Positions 28,425-38,293 of a DNA stretch of 64,000 bases are shown piece by piece (the stretch's first letter is position 1; every line of letters starts with the position of its first letter). Under the pieces are notes generated by a model. It did no database searches, had not been told where the DNA came from, and saw nothing but the letters and a program-made list of their open reading frames with translations. The stretch comes from an uncultured Anaerolineae bacterium. GTDB lineage: Bacteria > Chloroflexota > Anaerolineae > CG2-30-64-16. The position numbers and the translations under genes are program-made. The stretch lies in the NCBI GenBank assembly GCA_937124585.1, contig CAKZKT010000104.1, positions 1,316 through 65,315 of the forward strand, in the 5' to 3' direction.

Positions 28425-29870
28425 ATGGCCACAAGCGAACCTCTGGCGACTCACCTTCTTCTGGTTCGACACGGACAGTCGCTCTACAATCGCGCAGAGA
28501 CAGACATGGCGCCCGACAGCGGCCTGACCGAGCTGGGCTGGCAGCAGGCCCATCTCGTCGCCGATTGGTTGAGCCGCAGCTTCACAGTTGACGCGCTGGT
28601 CAGCAGTGCGCTCGTGTGCGCGCGCCAGACCGCCGAGGTGATCGGCCAGCAGCTCGGCCTGGCGGTCGAAATCATGTCCGGCTTCGATGAGACCCATCTG
28701 CCCTATTGGAACGAGTTCCCGACCACCCCCGATGATCCGCTGGCGTGGTGGGATCAGCCCTGGCGCCCCGATCCGGAACACGCGCCGCTCTACACGCGAT
28801 TCCGCCAGGAGCTACGCCAGGCCATGGCCGAGCTATTGTGTCGGCATTTGGGACAGACGGTGGTCGTTGTCTCACACGGCGGCACCATCGGCACGATCGT
28901 GCGCAGTCTGCTCGGCGGGCATCAAACGCCGATCTTCACGGAAAACGGTGGCGTCACCCATTTGGTCTGGCAAGAAGGGCGCTGGCGATTGGTGAGCCAC
29001 AACGAGCGGGCGCACCTGGGAGACCCGGCCTTGCCCGCGCAGCTGCCGTGGGCCGAGGCCGAACCGGCCCGGACGATTGTGGAGCACTTTCAGCGCGTTG
29101 CCGCCTCGTCGGCGCTTGCCCAAACAATGCCCGACGAGGAGCAGGAACGCGCGCTCATTGCCTTTGTCGCGCCCCAGGCGACCGACCGCGTGCTCGACGT
29201 CGGCGCGGGCGCGGGCGCCGCTGCCCTGGCCCTGGCCGCGCACACAACGCATGTCACAGCGGTGGACATCGCGCCGGCCATGCTGGAGCGCGCCGAGAGC
29301 GCCCGGTCGCTCCGGGGCATCACCAACGTGGACATCCGCTGGGCCGATGCAACCTCTCTCCCCTACCCGCCCGCCAGCTTCGACCTCATCCTCTGCCGCA
29401 ATCTCTGCTGCTACATCGCCGATCTCGCTCAGCTTTTCGCCGAGCTGCGCCGCGTCATCCGACCGACCGGCCGGCTGGTGATCGAGGGAATCGTTGCCAG
29501 CGAAGACCCCGTGAAGCGCGCCACCCATCAGGCGCTTGCCATACAGCACGATCCGGCAATCGTTCGGCTCTACAGCGAGTCAGAGATCGAACACCCCCTG
29601 CGCGAAGCCGGCTTTCGGATCGAACGCGCCGAGGTGCACGACGCGCCAACGACGCTAGAGGAATGGCTGGCACTGTCACTGTTGGCAGAGGCCGAACGGG
29701 CCGGGCTGCGGGAGATGGTGCGGGCGAGCATCGAAGAGGACGCGGCCGGGCTGTGCATACAGCGCAACCGGGACGGCATCATCGCCTTCACGTTCCGTCG
29801 TCTTCAGCTCCTGGCGCGCCTCAATGTCGCAGCCGGCCATTCTCAGATCGCATCCGAGGAGGCGTCCTAA
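28425..29870 (+). CDS. Histidine phosphatase / class I SAM methyltransferase fusion
   Basis: LVRHGQS and VSHGG in the N-half; VLDVGAGAG, VDIA, ADATSLPYPPASFD, RVIRPTG in the C-half. Confidence 0.85.
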   Translation: MATSEPLATHLLLVRHGQSLYNRAETDMAPDSGLTELGWQQAHLVADWLSRSFTVDALVSSALVCARQTAEVIGQQLGLAVEIMSGFDETHLPYWNEFPTTPDDPLAWWDQPWRPDPEHAPLYTRFRQELRQAMAELLCRHLGQTVVVVSHGGTIGTIVRSLLGGHQTPIFTENGGVTHLVWQEGRWRLVSHNERAHLGDPALPAQLPWAEAEPARTIVEHFQRVAASSALAQTMPDEEQERALIAFVAPQATDRVLDVGAGAGAAALALAAHTTHVTAVDIAPAMLERAESARSLRGITNVDIRWADATSLPYPPASFDLILCRNLCCYIADLAQLFAELRRVIRPTGRLVIEGIVASEDPVKRATHQALAIQHDPAIVRLYSESEIEHPLREAGFRIERAEVHDAPTTLEEWLALSLLAEAERAGLREMVRASIEEDAAGLCIQRNRDGIIAFTFRRLQLLARLNVAAGHSQIASEEAS

Positions 29871-29909
29871 CGCGCGCGGAAGGCCCCGGGCCGATATCCG
29901 CGCTGCCGT

Positions 29910-30902
29910 TCAGGGCGAGGAGATGCCCAGCAGCGAGCGCAGCCATTCGAGCAGCCCGCCATCGCTGTCGGCCTGAGGCGTAGCCGTCGGCGGCGCCACA
30001 CGGAGCAAAATCGGCGGCGAAGTCGGGCCTGCGGTGGCAACACGCCGCAGGCCCGGGGTCGGCGTCGCGGTGGAGCGCGGCCGGGTCGGCAAGACAGACG
30101 GGGTTTCGGCCGGCGCGAGCAGTTGACTGCCGGGCCGGCCTACGGACATCTCTTCCGGCGTGGGCGATGGCGAAGCGATCGGCGTCTGGCCGGCCGATTC
30201 CATCGCGGCAGGGGTCGGCGTCGTGATCACCGGCGTGAGCGGCGTGGGGAGGAAGCGCGCCACCGCACCACGATCGGCGGCCGCTGTTTGATCGGAAGCC
30301 GGCGCAGTTCTCATCGCCAGCGGGCCGGGCAGACGCGTTGGCCAGGGCGTGGGACGCCACGGCGTCGGCGACACCGGCGGAGTCGGCGTAGGCGTGCTGA
30401 GCACGACGCTGTCGGCCGGCACGACGAAGCGAGTCGGCGCGGCCAGAAGCAGCTCGGCCGGCGAGGAGACGAGATCGGCGGGATCGGCCAGCACGGTCAC
30501 GCCCTCCAGCGGCCGGTCCATGCCCCAGAGCTGGCCAAGCTCATAACTCACATCTACGGCCCACCCGCGCGCGACCAGCATCGGGATGTCCTCGCGGCGG
30601 GCGCAATCTATCACCAGGAACGGGCCGACCGGCTCGCCGCCAGGCGGCTGCAGCCACACCCGCCGACCGATGTCGCCGGCGCGCAGCAGAGCAACCGTGC
30701 CCACGCACGCGTCGCAGCGCAACATCTGGCCGTGAGCGGCCCGCACGTCCAGCACATGCTCCATCATCCCGGCCGCGTAGAAGGTCGCCAGGCCGGTGTG
30801 CGGCAGCGGCGTCTGCTCCCAATAGCCAGGCACGAGAGCCTCAGCCTGCGGAGACGCCGCTAGGCCGGTCATCCCCAACACGACGATCAAGATAAGGCGC
30901 AC
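29910..30902 (-). CDS. Secreted protein with possible double-psi beta-barrel (RlpA/expansin-like) domain and Pro/Thr-rich tail
   Basis: Signal peptide, GLATFY...GRRVWL...LVIDC...AVDVS pattern. Confidence 0.55.
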   Translation of the reverse strand: MRLILIVVLGMTGLAASPQAEALVPGYWEQTPLPHTGLATFYAAGMMEHVLDVRAAHGQMLRCDACVGTVALLRAGDIGRRVWLQPPGGEPVGPFLVIDCARREDIPMLVARGWAVDVSYELGQLWGMDRPLEGVTVLADPADLVSSPAELLLAAPTRFVVPADSVVLSTPTPTPPVSPTPWRPTPWPTRLPGPLAMRTAPASDQTAAADRGAVARFLPTPLTPVITTPTPAAMESAGQTPIASPSPTPEEMSVGRPGSQLLAPAETPSVLPTRPRSTATPTPGLRRVATAGPTSPPILLRVAPPTATPQADSDGGLLEWLRSLLGISSP

Positions 30903-31010
30903 GGCGATTTGAATCCTTGTCCCAATCTACTCGCGCTTCTGGACAATCTGTGCTATACTCAGCTCGGATTATACTCGATCCGGTGATCTACGCAAAGGAT
31001 GTGCGGCGTC

Positions 31011-31991
31011 ATGCGCCTCGGATTCGTCGTCAAACCGCTGGCCCGGCCCGATCTGAAAAGCCATGACAACCGGCGCTGGCAGAACAATCCCCATCTGAGC
31101 GTGAGCCTGGCCTATCTGCGCGATGTCTTCACGCACCTGATCGAGGCCAGGATCGCCATGTACCGCATCTCATCGGAGCTGGCGCCCTACGCCACGCATC
31201 CGGACATGCCGCAGTTTCACCGTCAGGTTGAAGAATGCGCTGCCGAGCTGGCGCAGGCAGGCGCGCTGGCCCGTTCCGCCGATCTGCGCCTTTCGTTTCA
31301 TCCGGCCCAACACGTTGTCCTGAATGCGCCCGGTGCTGAGCTGGCAGCCCGCAGCGCCGCCGACCTGATCGTGCAGGCCGCGATCCTCGATGCGATGGGA
31401 CTGGGGCCCGAGGCGGTTGTCGTGACCCATCTGGGCGGCGTCTACGGCGATCGGATGGCGGCGCGCGAGCGTTTCGTGCGCAACTACGAGGCGCTGCCCG
31501 CGGTCGCCCGTCGCCGGCTGGTGCTGGAGAACGACGACACCCGCTTCAGCGTCGCCGATACCCTCTGGGTCCACGCGCGCACAGGCATCCGCCTGGTCTT
31601 CGACAACCTGCACCACCGCCTGAACGACCCGAGCGGCATCCCGCCCCGAGATGCGCTCGCGGCCTGCCTGGCCACCTGGCCGGCCGACGTGCGGCCCAAA
31701 ATCCATTTCAGCAGCCCACGCACCGAATGGTTGGTGGCAGGCGGCGACGGCAATCAGCCGGCCGAGGTGCGCCAGACGCGCTGGAGCTATCACTCCGATT
31801 ATGTCAATCCATTTGAGTTTATTGATTTCCTGCGGATGGCCGAGGGACTGCGGCCGTTCGACGTGATGCTGGAGGTGCGCGCGAAAGACCTGGCCCTGCA
31901 GCAGTTGCGGGAAGACCTGGCGCGTTTTGCGCCCGACCTGGCCCGCCGGCTGGAGCCAACACCGAAAGCCGCACCGGAGCGGACCGATTGA
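31011..31991 (+). CDS. uvsE: UV DNA damage endonuclease
   Basis: MYRISS, LSFHP, THLGG, LVLENDD, VFDNLHH, PKIHFSS, HSDY, VMLE. Confidence 0.92.
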   Translation: MRLGFVVKPLARPDLKSHDNRRWQNNPHLSVSLAYLRDVFTHLIEARIAMYRISSELAPYATHPDMPQFHRQVEECAAELAQAGALARSADLRLSFHPAQHVVLNAPGAELAARSAADLIVQAAILDAMGLGPEAVVVTHLGGVYGDRMAARERFVRNYEALPAVARRRLVLENDDTRFSVADTLWVHARTGIRLVFDNLHHRLNDPSGIPPRDALAACLATWPADVRPKIHFSSPRTEWLVAGGDGNQPAEVRQTRWSYHSDYVNPFEFIDFLRMAEGLRPFDVMLEVRAKDLALQQLREDLARFAPDLARRLEPTPKAAPERTD

Positions 31992-32068
31992 GGCAGGCCG
32001 TCCTTCTGGTCGAAAGCCAAGTTGCAGAAAACGGAAACACAGTTCACCGGAAAAGGAGCATTCACATT

Positions 32069-33076
<1,008 letters not shown>

Positions 33077-33109
33077 AATTTCAAACTTTGAGACCCAGGA
33101 GATTCAGCC

Positions 33110-34414
33110 ATGCAACAACCTCTTCCGACTGCAGGCGACACGCGCTGGTTCGTCCATGATCGCTTCGGCCTGTTCATCCATTGGGGCACTTACACGCTGG
33201 CCGCGCGCCACGAGTGGGTGAAGCAGCGCGAACGGATTCGCGACGAGGAGTATCAGAAGTATTTCGATCATTTCGACCCGGACCTCTACGACCCGACCAT
33301 CTGGGCGCGCGAGGCCAGGAATGCCGGCATGAAGTACTTCGTCGTCACCACCAAGCATCACGAGGGTTTCTGCCTGTGGGATTCGGCGCTGACCGATTAC
33401 AAGGCAACCAACACGCCCTACGGCAAGGATGTGCTGCGGCCGATGGTGGATGCATTTCGCAACGAGGGCTTCAAAGTCGGCTTCTACCACTCGCTGATTG
33501 ACTGGCATCATCCCGAGTTCCCCGTTGATCCCATCCACCCGATGCGCGATGACCTGGAGTATCGGGAGAGGCACAAAGATCGCGACATCCGCAAGTACGC
33601 CGAATACCTGCACGGTCAGACGCGCGAGCTGCTGACCCAGTTCGGCAAGGTCCACATCATGTGGTTCGATTTCTCTTATGCCAACCGCCAGTATCCCTGG
33701 GGCCGCGGCAAGGGCCGCGACGACTGGCAGTCGGAGAAGCTGGTGCAGATGGTGCGCGAGCTTCAGCCGGGCATCATCCTCAACGACCGGCTCGACCTGC
33801 CGGAGTCGGCCGATGTGCGGACGCCGGAAGAGTATCAGCCGCGCGGCTGGATGACGGTGGACGGCAAGCCGGTCGTGTGGGAGGCCTGCCAGACCTTCAA
33901 CCGGAGCTGGGGCTACTACCGGGACAACATGGACTGGCGCGAGCCGGACGAGCTGATCCGCACGCTGATTGACACGGTGTCGAAGGGTGGGAACCTGCTG
34001 CTCAACGTCGGGCCAAACGGCCGCGGCGAGTTCGACGAGCGCTCGATCGAGCGGCTGCGGGCCATCGGCGCGTGGATGCGACTGCACAGCCGCTCGATCT
34101 ACGGCTGCACAGCCTTCGACCTCACGCCGCCGCCCGACACACGCTTCACCTACAACCCGGCGAAGAAGCGGCTCTACCTGCACCTCTTCGCCTGGCCCTA
34201 CAAACACGTGCATCTCGATGGGCTCGCGAGCCGGGTGGAATATGCTCAGCTCCTCAACGATGCGTCCGAGGTCAAGATGTTCACCGTGGACCCGCACCAG
34301 CAGGCGCAGAACACGACCATGGGCGGCGGTCGAAGCGACACGCTGATCCTGGAGCTGCCCATCGCGAAGCCGAGGGTCGCCGTGCCGGTGGTGGAGCTGT
34401 TCTTGAAGGATTGA
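33110..34414 (+). CDS. Alpha-L-fucosidase (GH29)
   Basis: FGLFIHWG, TTKHHEGFCLW, MWFDF, SWGY, GGNLLLNVGP. Confidence 0.93.
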   Translation: MQQPLPTAGDTRWFVHDRFGLFIHWGTYTLAARHEWVKQRERIRDEEYQKYFDHFDPDLYDPTIWAREARNAGMKYFVVTTKHHEGFCLWDSALTDYKATNTPYGKDVLRPMVDAFRNEGFKVGFYHSLIDWHHPEFPVDPIHPMRDDLEYRERHKDRDIRKYAEYLHGQTRELLTQFGKVHIMWFDFSYANRQYPWGRGKGRDDWQSEKLVQMVRELQPGIILNDRLDLPESADVRTPEEYQPRGWMTVDGKPVVWEACQTFNRSWGYYRDNMDWREPDELIRTLIDTVSKGGNLLLNVGPNGRGEFDERSIERLRAIGAWMRLHSRSIYGCTAFDLTPPPDTRFTYNPAKKRLYLHLFAWPYKHVHLDGLASRVEYAQLLNDASEVKMFTVDPHQQAQNTTMGGGRSDTLILELPIAKPRVAVPVVELFLKD

Positions 34415-34530
34415 GCGAGAGCGCCCAAAGGCGTTTCCGGAGGTGTCCGGTTTCAGATCCGCACCGATGCGGCAACGACCGCTGGGTTCAGCTCGACGCG
34501 ACGTCTATCGCCCGGTGAGAGTGTTTGACG

Positions 34531-34557
34531 GTCAGGCGCCTTTCAGAGGTGCCTGGC
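34531..34557. repeat. REP-like hairpin (degenerate)
   Basis: GTCAGGCGCC-TTTCAGA-GGTGCCTGGC. Confidence 0.6.
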
Positions 34558-34575
34558 ATGTGATCGAGGCCAAAG

Positions 34576-35040
34576 ATGGCCGTCCAGACACCCTCGATCG
34601 AACCGTATCAAGCAGCGGACCGGCCTGCTATTCGCCAGATTCTCGAGGCCATCGGCTGGGACGAACACTATATCGTCTCTTTCGAGCAGGCCGCCGAGCA
34701 CTTCGCGCAGCGTGCGGACGCGGCCGTCTACCTGGCGCGGCTGGACGAGACCCATGTCGGCTTTCTCTTCGTCCAGTTCTATGCCTGGAATCGGCTGTGC
34801 CAGATTCACGGGCTGGCTGTACATCCTGCCTTCCAGCGCCGTGGAGTCGCTTCCGCGCTCGTGGCGCAAGCCGAAGCCTACGCGCGTGCATGTGGGGCTC
34901 GAGGCATCTACGTGGACACCCCGGTCACGAACGCTGGCGGACGGCGATTCTATGAGGCTGTCGGCTATCAGCTGGGATATATCATGCCGCGCTACTACAA
35001 CGATGCACTGGACGGCGTGACCTATCAGAAGTTCTTCTAA
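34576..35040 (+). CDS. GNAT family N-acetyltransferase
   Basis: LAVHPAFQRRGVASAL, N-x-x-x-x-x-FYEAVGY. Confidence 0.88.
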   Translation: MAVQTPSIEPYQAADRPAIRQILEAIGWDEHYIVSFEQAAEHFAQRADAAVYLARLDETHVGFLFVQFYAWNRLCQIHGLAVHPAFQRRGVASALVAQAEAYARACGARGIYVDTPVTNAGGRRFYEAVGYQLGYIMPRYYNDALDGVTYQKFF

Positions 35041-35119
35041 ACAGCGCCCTGATGCACACAAGCCGTTCGGATACGACATATAAGACCCCTCGGGGGCCTG
35101 AGACTGAGGAATTGCCGTT

Positions 35120-37678
35120 ATGACCCAACAACCATCCTACCTCAACCCATCCCTCCCTCTCGACGCGCGCGCCGACGATCTCGTCAGCCGCCTGACGCTG
35201 GAGGAGAAGATCGGTCAGATGCTCTATGACGCGCCCGCCATCGAGCGGCTGGGCATCCCGGAGTACAACTGGTGGAACGAATGCCTGCACGGCGTGGGCC
35301 GCGCAGGCATTGCCACCGTCTTCCCGCAGGCCATCGGCCTGGCCGCCACCTGGAACGATGATCTGGTGCGCCGCGTGGGCACTGCCATCTCCGACGAAGC
35401 GCGCGCCAAATACAACGATTGGCAGCATCGCGGCATCCGCCAGATCTACACCGGCCTGACTTTCTGGACGCCCAACATCAACATCTTTCGTGATCCGCGC
35501 TGGGGCCGCGGACAGGAGACCTACGGCGAGGACCCCTACCTGACGGCGCGCATGGGCGTGGCGCTCGTGCGTGGGCTGCAAGGAGATGACCCGCGTTATC
35601 TGAAAGTCGCCGCCTGCGCCAAGCACTACGCCGTCCACAGTGGCCCGGAGCCCGACCGCCACGGCTTCAACGCGGTCGTGGACGCGCGCGACCTGCGCGA
35701 GACCTACCTGCCCGCGTTCGAGGCGCTGGTGCGCGAAGCCAGGGTCGAAGCCGTGATGGGCGCATACAACCGCACCAATGGCGAGGCGTGTTGCGCCAGC
35801 CCCACCCTGCTGGAAAAGATCCTGCGGCAGGAGTGGGGCTTCGACGGCCACGTCGTCTCCGACTGCGGTGCGGTTGACGACATCTGGCGCCATCACGGCC
35901 TGGCGGCCAATCGCGAGGAAGCGGCCGCGCTGGCCGTCAAAGCCGGCTGCGAGCTCAACTGCGGCGAGACTTACGCCTCGCTGCTGATCGCCCATCACAA
36001 GGGGCTCATTGACGAGGCAACCCTCAATCGGGCCGTGTGGCGGCTCTTCCGCACGCGGCTCCGCCTGGGCATGTTCGACTCGCCGGAACGCGTCCCCTAC
36101 TCGGCCATCCCCTACGAGGTCGTGAACTGCCCGGCCCATCGCGAGTTGGCGCTCCAGGCCGCGCGGGAATCCATCGTGCTGCTCAAAAACGATGGCCTGC
36201 TGCCCCTGTCGAAGGAAATCGGCAGCATCGCCGTCATCGGCCCCAACGCCGACGACCTGATGGTGCTGCTGGGCAACTACAACGGCACCCCCGCCCAAGC
36301 AGTCACGCCGCTGGAGGGCATCCGCCGGGCGGTCTCCTCCAAGACGGCGGTCTATACGGCCAAAGGCTGTCCGATCGCCGACCGTGTGCCCAACCTGAGC
36401 ATCGTGCCGTCGGCCTGTCTGCGGCCGGCCAACGCCGACGGCCTCCAGCACGGCCTGACCGGCGAGTATTACCCGACCGCTCGCATCGAGGGCAGCCCTG
36501 CGTTCACCCGGCTCGATCCGACCGTGGACTTCATCTGGAAAAACACCACGCCGCTGGCCGGCGAGCGCGGCGACCACTTCGCCGTGCGCTGGTCGGGCTT
36601 CCTCGTGCCACCCACGAGCGGAACCTATCGCCTGGGCGTGAACGGCCACAGCGGCTACAAGCTCTATCTCGACGGCGCGCTGCTGGTGGAATATCATGGG
36701 ATGCACCACGCCCTGCGCCGGACGCAGGAAGTCGAACTGGAGGCCGGCCGGCTGTATCGCATCCAGCTCGATTATGTCAATGATGGCATTGATCCCTGGG
36801 CGCAGCTCGTATGGGCCGTGCCGGGCGTGGACGAGGCCGCCGCAGCGCTGGAGGTTGCGGCGAAGGCCGATGTCGTGGTCATGTGCCTGGGCCTGACACC
36901 GTATGTCGAGGGCGAGGAGATGCCGGTACAGGTGGAGGGCTTCCTCGGCGGCGACCGTACCGACATCGCCCTGCCGGCCGCACAGCAACGGCTGCTGGAA
37001 CGCGTCCACGGCCTGGGCAAGCCGATCGTGCTCGTGTTGCTCGGCGGCAGCGCCATCGCCGTGCCCTGGGCCGACGAACATGTGCCGGCGATCCTGCAGG
37101 CGTGGTATCCGGGCGAGGCGGGCGGCACGGCCCTGGCCGAAGTGCTGTTCGGCGACTACAACCCAGCCGGCCGGCTGCCGGTCACGGTCTATCGCTCGGT
37201 CGCCGACCTGCCGCCATTCACCGATTACGCCATGGCGAATCGTACCTATCGTTACTTCCGAGGCAAACCGCTCTACCCGTTCGGCCACGGGCTGAGCTAC
37301 ACGACCTTCGCATACGGCAATCTGCAACTAAGCAAGGCCACGATCTCCGCCGACGAACCGCTCACCGTCCAGGCCGATGTGACCAACACCGGCCAACGCG
37401 CCGGCGACGAGGTCGTCCAGCTCTATCTGAGCTATCCTGCCACCTCCCCGCGCAACCCGATCCGCCAGCTGCGCGGCTTCCGGCGCATCAGCCTGGCACC
37501 GGGCGAGACGAAGACGGTGCGCTTCACCCTGACGCCGCAGGATTTGGCGCTGGTGAACGACGCCGGCCAGCGGGTGGTGGAACCGGGTGAGTATCGCGTG
37601 AACATCGGCGGCCGCCAGCCATCCGGGGCTGACTCCCCAACCGATCTCGCGACAGGCACATTCCGCGTGAATTCTTAA
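35120..37678 (+). CDS. GH3 beta-glucosidase/xylosidase with PA14 and Fn3-like domains
   Basis: WWNECLHG, RDPRWGRGQETYGEDP, KHYAVH, VVSDC, EGEE...GGDR, YPFGHGLSY. Confidence 0.94.
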   Translation: MTQQPSYLNPSLPLDARADDLVSRLTLEEKIGQMLYDAPAIERLGIPEYNWWNECLHGVGRAGIATVFPQAIGLAATWNDDLVRRVGTAISDEARAKYNDWQHRGIRQIYTGLTFWTPNINIFRDPRWGRGQETYGEDPYLTARMGVALVRGLQGDDPRYLKVAACAKHYAVHSGPEPDRHGFNAVVDARDLRETYLPAFEALVREARVEAVMGAYNRTNGEACCASPTLLEKILRQEWGFDGHVVSDCGAVDDIWRHHGLAANREEAAALAVKAGCELNCGETYASLLIAHHKGLIDEATLNRAVWRLFRTRLRLGMFDSPERVPYSAIPYEVVNCPAHRELALQAARESIVLLKNDGLLPLSKEIGSIAVIGPNADDLMVLLGNYNGTPAQAVTPLEGIRRAVSSKTAVYTAKGCPIADRVPNLSIVPSACLRPANADGLQHGLTGEYYPTARIEGSPAFTRLDPTVDFIWKNTTPLAGERGDHFAVRWSGFLVPPTSGTYRLGVNGHSGYKLYLDGALLVEYHGMHHALRRTQEVELEAGRLYRIQLDYVNDGIDPWAQLVWAVPGVDEAAAALEVAAKADVVVMCLGLTPYVEGEEMPVQVEGFLGGDRTDIALPAAQQRLLERVHGLGKPIVLVLLGGSAIAVPWADEHVPAILQAWYPGEAGGTALAEVLFGDYNPAGRLPVTVYRSVADLPPFTDYAMANRTYRYFRGKPLYPFGHGLSYTTFAYGNLQLSKATISADEPLTVQADVTNTGQRAGDEVVQLYLSYPATSPRNPIRQLRGFRRISLAPGETKTVRFTLTPQDLALVNDAGQRVVEPGEYRVNIGGRQPSGADSPTDLATGTFRVNS

Positions 37679-37685
37679 GACACCC

Positions 37686-37719
37686 ACGTGCCAGGCACGC
37701 TGCAAGATGCCTGGCACGT
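37686..37719. repeat. REP-like hairpin
   Basis: ACGTGCCAGGCA-CGCTGCAAGA-TGCCTGGCACGT. Confidence 0.8.
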
Positions 37720-37737
37720 CTGGTAGAGATACAATCA

Positions 37738-38256
37738 ATGCAAATCGAGATCATTCCGCAAGCGTCGCTGGCCCAGGCGTTGTATGACGACATCGTCGCG
37801 CTCTGCACGCGCGCCTACGAGGAGGAGTTCGGCGAGATCCTGGCCCAGTTTGCCGATTCAACCCATGTCGTCGCCTATCTCAACGGCGAACTGGTCAGCC
37901 ATGCCCTCTGGATTCCGCGCACGCTGATTTACAATGGGACACCGCTGCGCAGCGCGTATGTCGAGGCGGTGGCGACCGAACCGCGCTATCAGGGACGCGG
38001 CTATGCTTCGGCCGTCCTCCGGGCGCTGGCAGGGGCGATCACGGACTATGACATCGCCGCGCTGTCGCCGTCCGATCCGGCCTTCTATGCGCGCCTGGGC
38101 TGGGAACGCTGGCGAGGACCGCTGGCCGTGCTGACCGACAAGGGCGTTGTGCCGACGCCGGACGAGGATGTGATGATCCTGCGCCTGCCCAAGACGCCGC
38201 CGCTCGACCTCCACGGCACGCTGGTGGCACCGTGGCGGCCCGGCGAAATCTGGTAG
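37738..38256 (+). CDS. AAC(2')-I-like GNAT acetyltransferase
   Basis: RTLIYNGTPLRSAYVEAVA, LGWERWRGP, C-terminal WRPGEIW, paralleling mycobacterial AAC(2')-Ic. Confidence 0.8.
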   Translation: MQIEIIPQASLAQALYDDIVALCTRAYEEEFGEILAQFADSTHVVAYLNGELVSHALWIPRTLIYNGTPLRSAYVEAVATEPRYQGRGYASAVLRALAGAITDYDIAALSPSDPAFYARLGWERWRGPLAVLTDKGVVPTPDEDVMILRLPKTPPLDLHGTLVAPWRPGEIW

Positions 38257-38293
38257 CCGATGGATGCCCGCGACAAAGCACATGGAGTTTTCC

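Noticed and set aside
34982..37327. Long antisense ORFs (781 aa here; also 26142-27932, 38489-40348, 14694-16211)
   Set aside because: Shadows of well-supported genes on the opposite strand, expected in high-GC DNA; no recognisable motifs
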